From Balanoglossus misakiensis (lineage: Eukaryota; Animalia; Hemichordata): 64,000 nt of DNA. The notes under the pieces are model-generated. The model saw only the letters and a program-made list of their open reading frames with translations. It had not been told where the DNA came from and ran no database searches. Below are positions 12,801 through 28,548 of the stretch, one piece after another; position 1 is the first letter of the stretch; each line of letters starts with the position of its first letter. The stretch spans positions 9,473,677-9,537,676 of the forward strand of contig CM082592.2 in the NCBI GenBank assembly GCA_040954595.2, written 5' to 3'. The translations under genes were made by a program, and so were the position numbers.

Positions 12801-14541
12801 CAATCGACACAGGCCGGCAGACAGTGTCTCCATCATGACCAAGGAATGTAGGCCGCACAGCTGGAAGCACTTGGGCTGTAAATTGTCCTTAAACAGGTCT
12901 TTTTAAAGGTTACACAAGCACCGAGAGTGTTCTCCTTGGCTGTGCAGTGCTGATAACCAACTTCAAGTAGCCAAGAGGATGTTTTCCATGGATTTCTTCC
13001 ACTCAATAGATCATGCCAATGACACTGCACTATATATACTTCCAATTCCATGATTTAAGTGGCGGACAGTTGAAACAAGTTTTTAACTGTCCCACAGTCA
13101 CCTGTTTTCCATTTCCACTGAACTCGTGATAAATACCATAACTGCACTAAGTGATAATACAAACAAACCAGTGTCTACTTTCCTGTTTTTACACACTTCC
13201 ACTGTATAGATATATATACCATATTTATTCTTGCAAGTGAAAAAAGGCAGAAATGACAGCTTGACCAAAGTAAACATTGCAATTCACCCCAAACAAGTCT
13301 GTCATCGGGAAAGCGTCCTGCAAATTTTCGCTGCACAAACACCGATCTGTTAATCCCTCCAGAATTCATAAAAAGAAATCAATGGGCAACACATGGTGAC
13401 ACGCTGGATGACCTCTGTTGACCTCACCCAGTGTCGGTTACTGGGCGGGTGCCATCTTGTCCTGCTGAGAGCACAGACAATGGGGCTGGCCGGGCAGCCA
13501 TTCTCGCCAGGACTCCTCGAAATGATCTGATATGAAACTTCCTCATGGAATAACATCAAATTTTTAACTGTCCCTTCATGGTACCCCGCTTCCTTGTTTG
13601 ATGGAAGGAATAAACAAAAGTCGGACTAAACGACTCCAATTCCGTGAAATTACAGGAGACAGCATTGCTGAGGGTAGCTCTGCTTCCCTTTCCTCAGACA
13701 ACATGGCGTTTGTCACGCCAAGTCTATGTCTAGAGTCCATTCTAGTATCTGCGTGTAGACTTCAGAAAAGTTACGAATCTCCTCTGCACACACGTGTACT
13801 GTTTAGATTTCTTTACATAAGGACGTCACGTGCAAACTTTATTGCAAACCTTCTTCTCAGTGATGATTTTTCTTGGCTACACACCAATATCTGTCCGACC
13901 TCAAAATGGCCTGCAGCCTGCGTTGGCAAAGGAATCCATTAAACAAGATCTGATCTTCACACTCGGACCCATTATTCTTCAGAGTCGTTAAACACCTATG
14001 ACAAAACCTGTAACACCCTGAATACTTCTGTCTGTCCCCGTACCGTAGATCCTCACTTTTTTCCCGGTGCTATTTATATGTCCCTGCCAGGTCATGGCAG
14101 GTACCATCTCATATATCACCGTAAGAACACATCTAAAAGCCATAACACACAGGACCCCTTTCCCCCTTCTTTTGTGGAAATACAATACAATGAGGAAAAA
14201 ATTTACATACAAAAAAGTCAGCCTTGTTTCACTGACTAACAATATGGGTCAAAGACTCTATCGATCCCCACAATCCCCTTTTTGCTTGCACTTTGGTTAC
14301 AAGGGTCATATGCTGTACTGGTAAGCTGTGAGATTTCATGTCCAGTGGCCTTAGGACAAGTACTCTGTAACAAATATTACAAATCTGTATTCTATGTGAA
14401 TCTTGTCTTTGATATATATATCACAGTGTACTCTCTCGTGTACTGGTCAGAAATGGGTCTTATGGTCATAAGTATCGCGCACCCATAAGACCCCTTTCTG
14501 CTTGGGTTGGCCCAAATTGCATTTTGATGAACCATCCCTAC

Positions 14542-14856
14542 CTTTGCCCATTTCGGGTTTAACTCCTTTGCCTTCACCGCATCCTGCAGAGCCTTTTCGA
14601 ACTGCTCCATCTTGACGTACGCCGCCGACCGATTGCTGTACAGCACATGATTGGTCGGATCCAACGTGATGGCCTCCGTGTACAGCCGTATCGCCCTCTG
14701 GAAGTCTCCGCTCTGACAAGCCTCGTTGCTCTGCCGGACTTTGTCCAGGAAAATGGCCTTCTTGTCTTCGTTTGTGATTGCCGGCTCTCCCTCCAATGTG
14801 GTGCTGGAGTGTCGACTACCAGTCTCACTGCTGGTGTCTTGGCCGTCTCTCATGGC
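14542..14856 (-). CDS. TTC28: TTC28 (tetratricopeptide repeat protein 28) coding exon 2, N-terminal TPR unit; gene continues beyond the left edge of the window
   Basis: 315-nt phase 0-0 exon flanked by ttttcacag|GCC ATG and AAG|gtaggg. It encodes ...FLDKVRQSNEACQSGDFQRAIRLYTEAITLDPTNHVLYSNRSAAYVKMEQFEKALQDAVKAKELNPKWAK, which closely resembles the recalled human TTC28 exon 2 (FVEKVRQSNQACHDGDF...LYSNRSAAYMK...LNPKWPK), including the downstream intron position. No exon 3 was found in 1-14541, consistent with a very large intron. Confidence 0.93.
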
Positions 14857-17800
14857 CTGTGAAAAGAGAAAAGATCCATATTTAATAATTTATATTTGTA
14901 TAAAGATATCTAGAATTTAAATTTCATTTCTGTATGTATATAGCTACAGGCGGGAATACACACCATACCCACTCCACCAGACAAAACTGCAAAATATACC
15001 AGTATTAAAACAAAAGAAAATGTGATGATTTTCGCATCTATATGACAATTCCAATTTGCATACATATTGGATATGACACCAAGTTTAATTACATTAATTA
15101 ACAATATGGGTTCAAACATGTCAAGTGAACCTTCTCATCTCTTTCTCTTGTTTAAATTAATGTACATGTAATGTCAAGAAACCATGCATGTATAATTCTG
15201 AATGGAGATCTGCATGGTACATCTTTACTCCACGGAAAACAATTCTACGTTCTTTCTTTCTTGTCCGTATTGGTTTCTTCTGGGTGACTCTCACAGCTGA
15301 CCTTCTCATTTAAGAAAACTGATTTATCTAGAAGCCATAATCTGCGCATGACGTGACGCCAGCCATGCGTGGAGACTGACTGCTCCCCCCTGAAAACATT
15401 AGCCTGACCCTTCTGGGATAGTGTTGTGAAACGTCCTCACAGTTCGCCCTGAAATATTTCACTGTTTTAATTTTTACGGTGAGTGGTTACTATTGACCAA
15501 GTGGAGTGGTCGTCAGTTAAGTAAATGTCCCAAGTTCAAAGACCCAACATGGAGAAACTCAAATTGGATGCTGAGATGATGAGACAGATGAAGGCAAACA
15601 AAGGGTATATTTTCCTATCACAATGTATTTATCCACAGAATTAGTTTCTGAAAGTTATTTACAGTATCAATAGCTACTCATTACATTAGCACCATTGAAA
15701 TAAACTGCCGGAAACATTGGAGGAAATTGGCTTACTTATAATTTTCATCTCACTGACATTAGTTGTCTTTCAGTGCTTTCATTAGATTTCCCTAAATGGT
15801 CCAATTTCCCCAATTTAGAACTAAAACACCAAATTATCTTAGATGGGTCTAGACGATCAGTTTCAAGTGATTATCCTTGGCCCAATCTCCTATTATCAAA
15901 AAAGCCTATCAGTAGTGGGGCAATCCAAAGGGACAAGAGATACCCCTGTTTCCAGTTTCAAAATTTACAATTACCACTAAAACCTACCTGATTCAATGTT
16001 GGTTACTCAAGTTTCACAGGTTAATAACTGGAAACTGTCTTAAATTGTGTTCTAGTAGTTGCCACAGACACTGTACATGAACACTGGGGTACAAATCACG
16101 AAAACAGCAGTGCAACATGCCGGGAACAGAGCACAATAAAACAATATAGTGTATACTGACAATGCAGTAATTTTTTTTACCCTAATAAAATCTCACTCAA
16201 TTTCCTGACAGTCCAAACTTATGCATAACTTGTTAATCAATATTCATTAATCATCTGCCTGTTTGTTGTCGTGTAATTGGTGGCAACGCTTACGAGTTGA
16301 TAATACAATGTGACTCATGTTGATGTGATTCACTATTTAAACTATACAGTGTCGTATCTGTGACGCTACTACTACGGATTCAAAGAGCTAAGAAACCGAA
16401 CGTTAACTCGGCATACATGTAATGTCTCTTTCATCCACCTTCCTTTCTTATGTAAAAATACCCAAGTGATAAACGACATGTTTCTATTTTTACTGGTGGG
16501 TGTTATATTTTTCATGTGGTAGTCACGATTCTCTGTAAGAAACCCTCTGACCAGACAACCCCGAAACTCTTCCAATAATGACATAAGAATTTCCTGTTGT
16601 TTTCTTTTGTTCGATGATGTCAGACCCTGGTTCAGGAGACGCAGATAAAGTTTTATTTCCCATTCTTTTGGTTTTTACCATTTTTCTTTGGAAAGGCTGT
16701 TACTGTAAGGGATTCAGTCATCCACTGAGGGACAACAAACTGTCCAATAGTTTGCAGGAAGCTGAACTTGTCAAAAAAGTTGACTACTACTTTTTTGTCG
16801 TTTACTTTGTATTCCTTTATTCTGGTATTTAAATAAAATTCATCATTTCAAGATTAAGAATAAGCCTCCTTGAAAATAATTTACTGTACATTTCAAACAA
16901 CACTGGTTTTGGCAACTTGAGAATGAGATCAGTTTACAAGTCTTTCTGCGAGAGGCACCATCGTCGAAAAAGTAAATTATTATCCCCCGGCCCGTGAAAG
17001 TTGACCTTGGGTGACAAAAGCAATACTTGCTCGGGTTCACAGATGATCGTTAATAAAAAAAGGAAGCATGAACGGCCCACGGAAGGCTGTCATTAGAGGT
17101 GGTAGGATCAAGCCTGCCTGTCTCCGCATCTGCCATCGTCAACATGACTTATGCCTCCGCAGACAAGCATTTCTGAAAGAACGATTCACAGTTCATTGTA
17201 CGTGTCTCTGTGCGCAAACACAATTGCCGTCACCCAGTGGCGCCATGCTGCCTTGCAAACTCCACTCCCAACCATGCTCCGACGCATTTTATTACCAACT
17301 TCTAAACTTCAAATTACTTTTCCGCACCTTATTTTAGCAACAGTTAAGCTGCCGATCAATTCCTTTTTATCGCACCTCTCCCAACTTTTGCCCCTTTTGA
17401 GCAAGCACGTCTGGGCATTTCAGTGTCAAACTGACACACACTTGCTACTTTTTCCAGAATGGCAGCAGTTTGTGGAAGCCTGACAGATAGCTCCTGACCT
17501 CATTCAAAGTTACTTTTCAGATTCAATGTGGTGTAAACGAACATGACAATCAATGTTGCCCTCCTTCTATTCAAGATTCACAGTATTCTGTCAAGATCAT
17601 CTCAAAGGACACAAAACACTAATGCTTCCCATGGGGAGAGACATATTGTACATGTACCGTACCATACAATAATGCAACAACATCCTAATCAAAATTGGTC
17701 ACCCGTCAATTTCACATTGGGGTATGAGCCCATACAAGTGGGAAATGCAATATACATCTGTACATTTCGTACGGTGAGGCAGAAGTGAAGTTCATGACTT

Positions 17801-19684
17801 ACTTGTCATGTTTGTTTGTTTATGCAGTCACTGCAAGTGAAGGAAAAGTAAGAAGTTGCTCTATGATTGAATCTTTATTTTCCATCACAGAAACTGGTCA
17901 AGGAATCCACTGAAACGCAGACATTAGACACCTACACATACAGATCCCTTTGAAAAGGGATAAGACCGAGATCTGATACTCCATGCATACCTAACTGTTG
18001 ATCCTCTTTGAACCTAATCTTGCAGTTGCACAGTATCAACACAGACGTTTAGCCCATTAAAGGCTTAGCTTTCGGGTCAACAGTTATTAAAATAATATTA
18101 GTGCACTCTGTAGATGAGGAAGGATAAACTTACAAGGCTATGCATGTGAAATTGTGACAGATATAGGTGGTACTTGCATACCCGGCGCACCGGACTAATT
18201 GTATGATGAATAGTATCGGTACTTGGCATTATAGAAATACACATTTGTGTTCACAACATTGTTTTAAGTCCTGAACACAGACAACCATTTTACATCTATG
18301 ATTCGTGCCACTGCTGTAAGTCCTATGAGTGTGAGCTGGACTTTGCCAACATGAAATTCACAATCCGTGTCTTGCATGAGTAAACCACGGTACCATTTTC
18401 CCCCATCACAATGCAGGTGAGAATAATTCTCCACCCTACTGCACAAACTGCATCGCCCTGTCACAGGATATGGTTTACTTTGTCTTTGCATGTGAATGCA
18501 GGCCTGGCCAATAGCTGGGCTAAAATGCTATGTTGACCAACGCGCATAATACTAACGCCCCCGGGGCAAAATTCCTCAGACGTCCCACCAAGCACAATCC
18601 TTCAGAAGTGTCTGCACAGACTGGACGGACGGCCTCGCCAACGACACTCCCCAAAATCCGTTGAAACAGCACAGGTTTATCATGACATTCTGGTGAGACC
18701 AAACCTCAGGCACCATTCAACAACCACCAAGCAAGGTTTCGCACAGAGTTCCACCAGTCATGCTCCATCAACCACAAAGAAAAGAAAGGTTGCTACAGAC
18801 AAGTAGAAACAGAAACCCTGGCATTATGCAACAGACGCTCCGAAACAACAGAACACAATTGCAAGGACTGTTTGCATCCTGTGTTAGAAGTGATGTTTAC
18901 ATTAATCTGAATGGCAAGAAAGTCTGCCAGACTCTACCAGATATCAGAGAGTACAAGACGAGCTACTGTGTAATCCCCCATGTCTGCTCCCTCCCCTTTA
19001 CAATACCCCAAGTCCTTGTCAATTCATGCTTGCTGGTCCCCTTCATCCCACCCTGTGTCATCGTTCTGCCCGACAACAATGCAAGCCATTACCAATTACC
19101 GGTACTGCCACTGACAAAGTTCGTGCTTCAGGAGCCAAAGCTAAACAAACCGAAAAGCAAATGATCAGCACACAAGCAAGAATGGCAGTTTGTGTATTAT
19201 CACAGCCAGGACTATACTGGCTATGGTATTATACACCTGCGAGGAAATTGATTAAACTTTTTTTTATAAAGAAAGGCGCAAATGGCTTTCACACTTTTAT
19301 GAAAGGCGACTGAAGGTTTGTGGTGTTTGTTTGGCAAATAACAGACAGGCCTCATGATTGGATTGGCAAACAATAGCCAAGCATTTTGATTGGTCTCGGG
19401 AGGCATTCAATTAGACACACTGCTAACAAACACCCTTGCACTAAACACACAGGTGACAGAAGCGGCAGGGGTCATGGGGGAATCATCCCTGGAGTTCATA
19501 AAAATGTGAGGGCTGCCTGTTAGTGTGGTGTGATTTTTATTCTTAGCAATTAAATCAATTATCTCAAGACTTGCTGCTGTGTGTACATTGTACATGGATT
19601 AGACCAGTGCAATAAAAGCGCAGTCCCTCCACACATTTACTATGCCACAGCCACTGTATGCAAGTCTAGTTTAGTAACCCCCCC

Positions 19685-19687
<3 letters not shown>

Positions 19688-19736
<49 letters not shown>

Positions 19737-19826
19737 CACTCACTCACACACTCACTCACTCACTCACTCACTCACTCACTCTCTCTCTCACTCACTCACT
19801 TTCTTTCTCTCTCTCTCACTCACTCT
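19688..19826. repeat. Compound microsatellite (CT)n-(CACT)n in TTC28 intron 1
   Basis: Directly visible. Confidence 0.95.
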
Positions 19827-22800
19827 TTCCTTTGGTAAATAAGGTTGCTGGGGACAATGACAAAGAATTGGCCAATTTCGGCCAATACTTCATTCCTGTA
19901 GAAGTACCTTCTGTAGGTCTCATGACATTTACAATGTACCAATAATGGATATGGACCAGAAACGTAAACAAGGGGCCTTTTATGAAAAAGAAGATACACA
20001 CATAAAAAGAAATTCACGCTTTATTTTGCAAAATGCATGTTTTGTAAAGTCTTTGGTGAAATGCTATATTCACTGCCATATCAAATCACTGGCGCATGGG
20101 TACCTTTCAACAGTGTCGGACTACCATTTCTTACACAACTGAGCAATACGATATTAGCCTACAGTCAAAACATGTTACGATTGGTCCACTCAACATAAAA
20201 TGTTTCAAGAGACTTTCCCTGTTGTCACAGTTTCAGTGTGATCACACACAATCATCAGTCTATATCCATACAGTGGTTAAAAGCAGGAAACTGGTGTCAT
20301 TTTTCAGTATTTATAAAATAGGGTTAGGGATTTTGATTCCACAGCCTGGGTACATACATGACTGTAGATGGAAATATATTGTTTGTAATGCTAAGTAATT
20401 GTTTGGCATTTCAAATTGCAATTTTACTAAAAGGAAATTATAGCATCATGAATCAGGAAGTCAATTGGAAGACCGGGGGATAAATTGCAGTAGTAATGCC
20501 ATGAGCCTGAGGTGTACTGGGGGAGAAGAAATTTTGAGTTCAGTGTGCGATGATGATTATGTCCGCTAGCACTTGAGTTTACCAGAGAACTTTGACACAT
20601 AGTCACTTGCAATGTAGCGTTCAATATTCAGGATTTCCCTTTTTCAGTGAGACCAGCACAAGGTGTATTGAAACAAAACGTTTTAACGACTTTGAAGTTC
20701 GAGGCGCGAGTCACGATAAACAACCCTCGTAACTGCTGAACTTAAATTACAGCTAGTCAAAGTTCAAGCCCCTTGATTCATGTGACAGCCCAGGTACACA
20801 ACGACTGTACTTCCCACCTTGGCCAAGTTAACATAACACGGAAGGTGTCGGAATCCCGATAACCGACCTATCATTGGGGTCAGTACAAGCAACAATAAAT
20901 CAGCCCACCTGTGCTTGTACATGTATCTGAAGCACGTATATGGGCCACTTGTCACAGACCACCGTTGGAATTTACACTGTAGATTGGCAATCGGAGCGCT
21001 ACTCAAGTCAGTCCGAGCAACTATTTCTGACTGGCGACTGGTGTAAAATGGTGATAAAACTGAGAACTCCATGCTACCCTATGGAAGACAACTGTATCAA
21101 GACTCTAGGAGGCAACAAAGTACATTGTAAGGTATAACTTCTAGTTGCAATGCATTAAAAAGATTACAATATGTATCTCCAGAGGCAGCATTTCCAAGTT
21201 GTACAGAAGTGACGGGAAGCAATGAAGTCCGGAATTACGAATGGATATTCTGTGAAGTCCCGGACGTTACCTAGTATATACTTGTACAATGTACAAACAA
21301 CACTGCCGCAAGCAAAACTGTACATTATAACCATTCTGGGGCCCGGCCGTTGGTGTGAACGAACCAATGGTCGGACTTATTGAAGGGTCAGCGGCGATGA
21401 ATCGATGTCAACTCCTTGTAGCAGTGTCAATTCATCAGACCTTTCTCTTTCCGAGTTCGAGACTCTATTGGAGTGAATGCGCTATACATTGGTCCATTGG
21501 TTGCTTTTGGTGGAGAGTCAAAGGAGGGCTTTTTTTTACCCTGTGTCCACCGAGATTTACCCGATAACAATATATGGAGGGCAGCTCACCCATAAAGCAA
21601 AAGCAGTTCTACAGCACTATAGTGGCAGGATCGCGGTTCTTTGCGACTTTGAAGCCAAGAGTAACCTATGTAGATCGGGTATCATTTTGACAAGTTCTCC
21701 TGATAACAGCTACCAATTGCGGATTGGATTCCAGGTCATGGACGTGCAAAATGTTGTAAGTTGGTAAATCACTTACACGACTTCTCCGTCTGCACTCAAC
21801 TCCATTGAGACTTTAACTATTATTATTATGCAGGGAATACCAAGAGTCTGACACAGACAGACAGAGTCGGAAAAACCAACAAGCCATTTGGACAACAAAT
21901 AGAGTGGTCATAACACAGGTGATGACTTTGTTCGGCCGAACTCAGAAACCAGTAAGAGGTGAAGATCGCCGGCAATAAATCTTTAATTCAGTTCTGCCAG
22001 TGAATCAATGCAGTGTTAGGCACCTGAGTACAATAGTAATCCCGACACCACTCTCCGGGTGAAGCGAAAATATGCCGATGTCTGGTGTCCGGCTAAACAA
22101 GCCTGAACTTTGCATTCCCTAATGGTTAGAACAGGGAGGACTTCAGCGTGACCCCAACGTTCCTGTATACACATAATTGTACCATTTGTCGAATAGAACA
22201 TAATTTAAACATTTTCCTGCATACCACATAAAAGTATAGAACATAATTCATAAATTCAGACTACATCATGAACAATGTATGACAAATGTCACTCAGATTC
22301 AGACTTTCTTAATATCATATTCACCTGGTTAGGACTCGCAAAACTGGATTAAATTCCACCCATACCATAATTCTTTCTACACATTCATTCTCCAAAGTTG
22401 CCATTGAAAGTTGAACAACCCGAGCCCTACAAAACCAGACAATGTGTAGGTATATGACCTTCTTTGTCACCACAGAACACAACTGTTTATCTTCAGGTAA
22501 ATTGTTATCGTCAGAAGTATTCATGGCAGTAAATGCCATTATCGCTTATTGACCACTCAATGACATTCCCTCACAAACCGGAGTCAGTACTCCGGAAGGC
22601 TAGCCCAGTAAACACCTACGGGTATGCCAAGGACGGGGCCTGCCTAGTTAGTTGTATAGCTGGCTGAGTGAATTGCAGTGGTGTTCATCTATGCTACAAG
22701 TATAACAAAGCTCTGATGAAAATTGGCTATATCTGTTAAAGAATATACCAGGTACATTCTGACATATGAGAGCCATAATCGGTCAAGGTGATATGATCTT

Positions 22801-25800
22801 TATCAAAATCAGGAATGCAATCAACAACGCACATATATGTACATTTCATACATTGACAGGAAAGTCCACAAGAATCTGAATTTGATGACGAACATTCTGG
22901 CGAGATGCAAAGCACACTTGACATGCAGCAGTACTGGTACAATATCTGCATGTACTTCCACAGTTCTGCATATGTTGACAAAGCAAACACTAGTTTCACT
23001 ACAAGATTTGTCTTTGATGTTCCCACAGGTACATGTAGGCCTATATGCAAACAACAACAAGGATGGTCCCATACATCGCAGGGGGTCAAAAACAAACAAG
23101 CACAGATATTATCTTGAAATATTTCAGGTGTTGGCACGATCACCTTACAAGAAGTACAGTAATATTTGTTTACCCCTGTGCAGCTTACATAACTGAACAA
23201 GACAACCTTTTACCGTTAACCCTTTCAGAGAGTTTTCTCACACTTTCTGGAGAACAAAAGAAGAAACAGTTCTCATCTCGGTTCAGACAAAAACAGCACT
23301 TTACAATTTACTGAAACAGATAAATACAGGATCAGAAATCGTCTCAGATATGACTGGACTTACAAACAGTAGCATGAATTGGCATTTTCTGCGCTTGAAT
23401 TGTGTAGCACGTCGAGTGATTTGTTGATCTGTCAATGTTCTCGCCAGCCACCCCCTTGTCCAATATCTGGGCCAAATCTGGATGATGGTGGTGTTGTTAT
23501 TGTTTTACGTCCCTCGCATTTTTTTGTCTGTTGGGTTCACAGTACGTTCTGCAGCATTGCTACTTCAAATGGTGACAAATGTGACTCTAACATCACACAC
23601 AGTGACACGCAAACCCGCACCGTACAACCGTCAAGCCTTTCAAGTTTCAAGATGCCGGGAACTTACTCGTGACAGTGTCCATATGAGAACCTGGCTGTCA
23701 GCCAAAAAATCCAACTGCCAAATTTGCTTCATTTTTATGTTTTTGAGCAAACCGAAAATGATCTAATAGGAATATCCCGCACACAATAACAGAAACCTGA
23801 TGTTCAACTTCAACGAATCTGACTCCTAACAACAATCTGATCTCACAAGTCGACTCGGACTCTGCAATATGCGTAGTTCAATACCTACATGCTCTGAAAC
23901 CGTGACAAGAGGTCACTACTGATTGAAAAGCACTTGATAAACAAGCCTACCAATTAGTTGGTGAATTATAATTCAATTAACAGGCTTTGAAGGGGACAAT
24001 GTTTTAATCAATGTCAAATTTAATAGGTTTATACAGGATTGGTAGAACTTCCACTCACTAGGATGTTTAATGAAACTGAAATCCACACCACATGTTTGTT
24101 TCTAACTCTCACTAAGTATCCATGGTTTAGCCAAACAATTAACACCAATTACTGTAAAACAATGGCTTAATTGAGATGATTGCCCGGTAAGTAACCCCAG
24201 CCCAGGGCAACTTCTTAAAGGAATGTTTATCTTTCCCCTTTTTAAAGATTCTACACTTGCAAAGGGCCACAGCGACGAGCGCAATAAGTTAAATTCCAAG
24301 GAGATGGACAGAAAAGACACTTTGGAGGTCTTTTGTGGGAAAAGTATCTACTGCTATAGAAATACCTCAAGGGTTCAGGTTGGGATCCATGTGTCCCTAT
24401 GAATGGACCTGTCCAATTTCAACAGACCAGCTATCTCCTTTTTCTGTGGTAACTAACATGCCGATTGTTCAGCCAGACAATTAACAATCCGGTGTAATGA
24501 CGCACCTTGTATGTATGGCCACAGTCCGTTTCATTCTCCAATAGACACCTGAAGTCACCAGCAACATGTAACTGTCTCAAGTCGTATGATGCCCAGGTCT
24601 TGCCCAAAACAAAGCTTACAGCTACTGTAAGATGTTATGTAAATTGCCATGTTTGTACAGTGAGCTGATGATCATTATCTGATATGACATGAAATCTGTA
24701 CATGCTTCTGTTTGTAAACGTCTATGAAGCAGTCACATGTATACGCAAAACTTGCATTTTTTTCAGGTATTTCAATGTGAGTGAATTGACTTGAACGTGT
24801 GTATTCCAACACTTTATCTCGGTCAGGTACATGTACTCCACAATATTAGAAACGGCCTAAATTCCCTAGACATTCACCTACTCTTTGTGTTATTATCAAA
24901 TACTTATGTGTATAGTGTGTTGTGTGTACAGTGGCCTTTATGGGCCAAAACGGGCGATTAACATGTCAGTAAATTGTGCTGCAACTATGGGGACACATTT
25001 CAATGAAATTGACAAGTGGGTCATACTCAAGAATGGTCATTAACTGGGCCACCTTGACTCATTCTTTTAATCGAGGTGTTAACAACTGTTGAACTGCCAA
25101 ATTCAAGAACTTCCAAACAACATGACATGTACACATCATGTGAAGACTGCTCTACTTACGTTGAATTACACTGGTCAGCATTACTGTGTATATGTACACG
25201 CTGGCAGTCTGTATCTCACCTTTGACAACTTAAGACATTATTTTTCATTACAAGTCTACACTAGAATATCAATATGACTGAACAAGTCTGGGTGTGTGTG
25301 CCATCATTTTTTTCAACCTAGTGAACGATCCAGTTATTTTCAATTTTAATTATTGGGCATTCTAGGACTGAAATCAAAAGAATTTACTTTACCACGCAGA
25401 ATCCTCCGCAAGGCCACCTTTGCTGGCGATGAATTTCAATGGGAGCAGGGGAAAGCAAACAATATGCAACTATACAAGCCAACACACATCAGAATGGCAT
25501 GTGTTCTGACCTCTGCCACCGTTCAGTATTGCTGCCCAGACAGCTTTTAAGTGGTGTTCGAAATTTGTCCACCGACATGATCCCTTTTCTTCCTGACCAA
25601 GCCTGTCACAATTCATAGCTGTCATTATTTCTCCAAAAAAATGTAATCCCTGACGTCAAGAAAAGAATGAAGTCTTTATTCAAACAAATAACGACAAAAT
25701 AAAGAGGTGTGGGTCCTATGGAAAGAGGTGTCCAGACTCGGTGACTGGGTTATGCTTGTTTCTGTGAGGTGATGCTTTATGATATAACAATAATTAAGTG

Positions 25801-28399
25801 GAATGCTCTTCTCTGAACTTTTCACTTCTGATTATTTGACAAAAGCACAGCATGGCTCCTTTTGAAAACACTAAAGTCTAACTGATGAAAGGGGGAGTTC
25901 GTTTGTTCTTTTGATAAACCATAAATACGACAAAGTCCAAACGTAACTTTCAGTCATTTTTTGGTGTAACACTACAGGTTTTGTAAAAATCACCAAAATA
26001 GTTTTCCACAGTATGTCTAGCAATAAGGGGTTATCATATACCAGGGTTTTAATGATAATGGATATGTACCACTGTGATAGGAACATTTTCAGCAGTTGCT
26101 ATGCTGCAACAGAATGAAGAAAGTGACGTGAAATGGAGTCTTTCTGGAGCTTCATGTCTATTTCTAGAAAAATAAAGCTTTTTTACCCAACACACTGATT
26201 TTGTTTCACACTGTGCCGACAGTGACTTAATAGTAATCCAATTATTTTGGAAGGTATATTGTGCCTGACATCAGAAAAGTTAACTTGATAAGACAAGTGG
26301 ACAATTGCTTTATCTTGACTGATACACAGGCGAAGTGTATAACACAGCAATTCAGCCGAGTGCAGTGTGAGTTTCAGGTCAACCACGAAGAAGTTAAAAC
26401 AAAGCGCCAGGCAACTGGCATGCAATGTGCAGACAGTAAAATAACTGAGCTCCAGACATATCCTATCACATGTCAGATTGGCTCTCCTTGTTTAGAGTAA
26501 AGATGTCTGACACCATCTTGCTCTCCCCCAGTCTTGGGAGGCCACATAATCTGCCAAGGTTACTCTCCAGTTTGCCCATGTAAATTAGCTGGTGAAATAC
26601 TCCTATTTCCTAAGGACCTTCAGACTTGTGGAGTTGTTGAGACAACTGTCAAGGGTATTCCTGGTTGTATTAGAACCAAAATTCTGTTCACCAATTGAAC
26701 TCTAGCTGCAGTTTACGTCTGCAAAAGAGTTGCCCGTTTATTAAAATTCAAACCATGCAGCATACAGGGAAATGACGAATAAAGTTCAGCAAATCAACGG
26801 GAAATAAGCTATACACCAAATCTATTCCAATCACCCGGTCCACCTCCATTACTTCTCACACGGTATTCCTGACATGTGTAGAATGCCACGGTGTAGCACA
26901 AATTTTCAATGCGTATTTTTACACAAGATTCCACCCCAGCAACTATTCAATGGTGCGGAATGTCTAGATTTGTGTTAATCCTTCTGCAAAGATGTGAACC
27001 CAAAACAGAAGGCAAAATTTCACCCAACCAAGACTGCTTCAGTGCCTTCTTGTTTCATACTTGTACGTAGTTTCCGAATCCAACAATAATGCCAAGACTG
27101 AAGTCGTTGGTGTTGGCCATAGATGTACCATGTCAATTATTTCGTTTTCGCCAGACTTACACTTAAGTGGGAATGCCACAGATTCAATGAAGCTTCAGTA
27201 TTTTAAAAATTCCACCTCTCAATTGAAGCCTTATTTATTTGGATTGATCATGCAATCAAATAAAAATTATTTACCACTAAATTTGTTTATACCTTTATCT
27301 AATTAAGAAGCGGGAGCTTTGACATTTATTTTACAGTCTGCTATTTCATGTCTCGATACTTGCAGGAAAATGACAAAGGGGTTGATGGGAATGTCGCATT
27401 TTATTTTCTCAAACAATACATTACACTGTACTGTACTAACCACAGTACAGTTCACGTTATCACATGACATTTAGTTTACTTGTCTGACACTATAGCGCCC
27501 CACTTAAATATTTTCGGTTGTTCCTCTCCAGAAAAGCGTCAAGTTTTAGTTTTAAAAACTGGTAGATTCCATTCAAAATGGTTTATTCAAGTATAGTGTA
27601 AAATCCCTGCGGCCAAGGCTTTCATGGTCCTGTGTAATACTGTATACTTTAACATTCACGTTTTAAACTAGTACTACATGTATTAGTAAACGACTTCCCC
27701 ATTCGTCTTAGTGGTTTGGGAGCCAAAAACAGGAGTATTAAATCCATCGTATGGCGTTGTTTATGTTGGTGTCACTATCCCAAATCTCACCGTCCCTACC
27801 CACCCAAACAGAGGTATTCTTTTTCATGCCAATGACTTCGTAAGCTCTATTCAAACCGACTGAAGGATAAAAACCCTGATCTGTCGTACCGAAAACAACG
27901 ACACTCAACATCAATCAATATCTGTCACCTCTCGCCTCGTTTAGTTTTGTTCCCCAAAACCGGGCCTTGACTTTGACAAAAGTAGTTCTGGCCAAGTGTG
28001 TAATGATATTGAAACTACTGCCAGGGGTTATTTCAGAGTTTTGGGGCGTACATTTATGTTTGCCACGCTGTTGTAACGTAGTCAACTTCTAAGTTCCACC
28101 GTTTTTGTCCAACTCGGGAGTTAGGGACGACACTAACCCAACAAGAAGTTTTCTCCAAACGACAGTCAGTGCAATTCGGGTTGTACAGGAAAACCGAGGC
28201 AAGAACAGTTGTCCCATTAAGACTCGGGTTTCCTTTAACCGGAACAGCATGAAAACCGTCAATGTTAGGGAAAAAACTACCAGTTTAGGAAATAAGTGTG
28301 TGTGGTAAACACAAAACGCGACACCGTGTTCGACCGTGAAGTGTGAACACAACTAGATCAGTTTTAAACGGCAACCCCTTAAACAGCGTGTATGCTCAC

Positions 28400-28432
28400 C
28401 TTCTCTCGCTCCCTGTCGCCTGATCTATCCAT
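28400..28432 (-). CDS. TTC28: TTC28 probable first coding exon (MDRSGDREREK)
   Basis: GGG ATG G start context, 11 open codons, then a strong AAG|gtgagc donor in phase 0, matching the phase-0 acceptor of exon 2. It lies in a CpG-richer patch with a YY1-like motif about 125 nt upstream. The peptide has no recognisable homology, so this is inferred from splice logic only. Confidence 0.65.
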
Positions 28433-28548
28433 CCCGATCACCTCTGATTACTTCCATTGATTACTGGACATAATCCAAACGGGAAAATCACATGTAAGAT
28501 ATTAAAATTCGGGCGTGAAAACTACGAAACGATAATTCCGTATGCGAA

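Noticed and set aside
22736-23314. Several overlapping 70-154 aa ORFs on both strands
   Set aside because: This is intronic sequence rich in TACATGTA-like motifs, with no domain signature, splice logic or coherent coding pattern.
8661-25182. Other ATG-plus-donor pairs on the minus strand (near 8661, 11788, 17803, 21777, 23670, 25160)
   Set aside because: They are phase 1 or 2, incompatible with the phase-0 TTC28 junctions. Their abundance shows that such pairs arise by chance.
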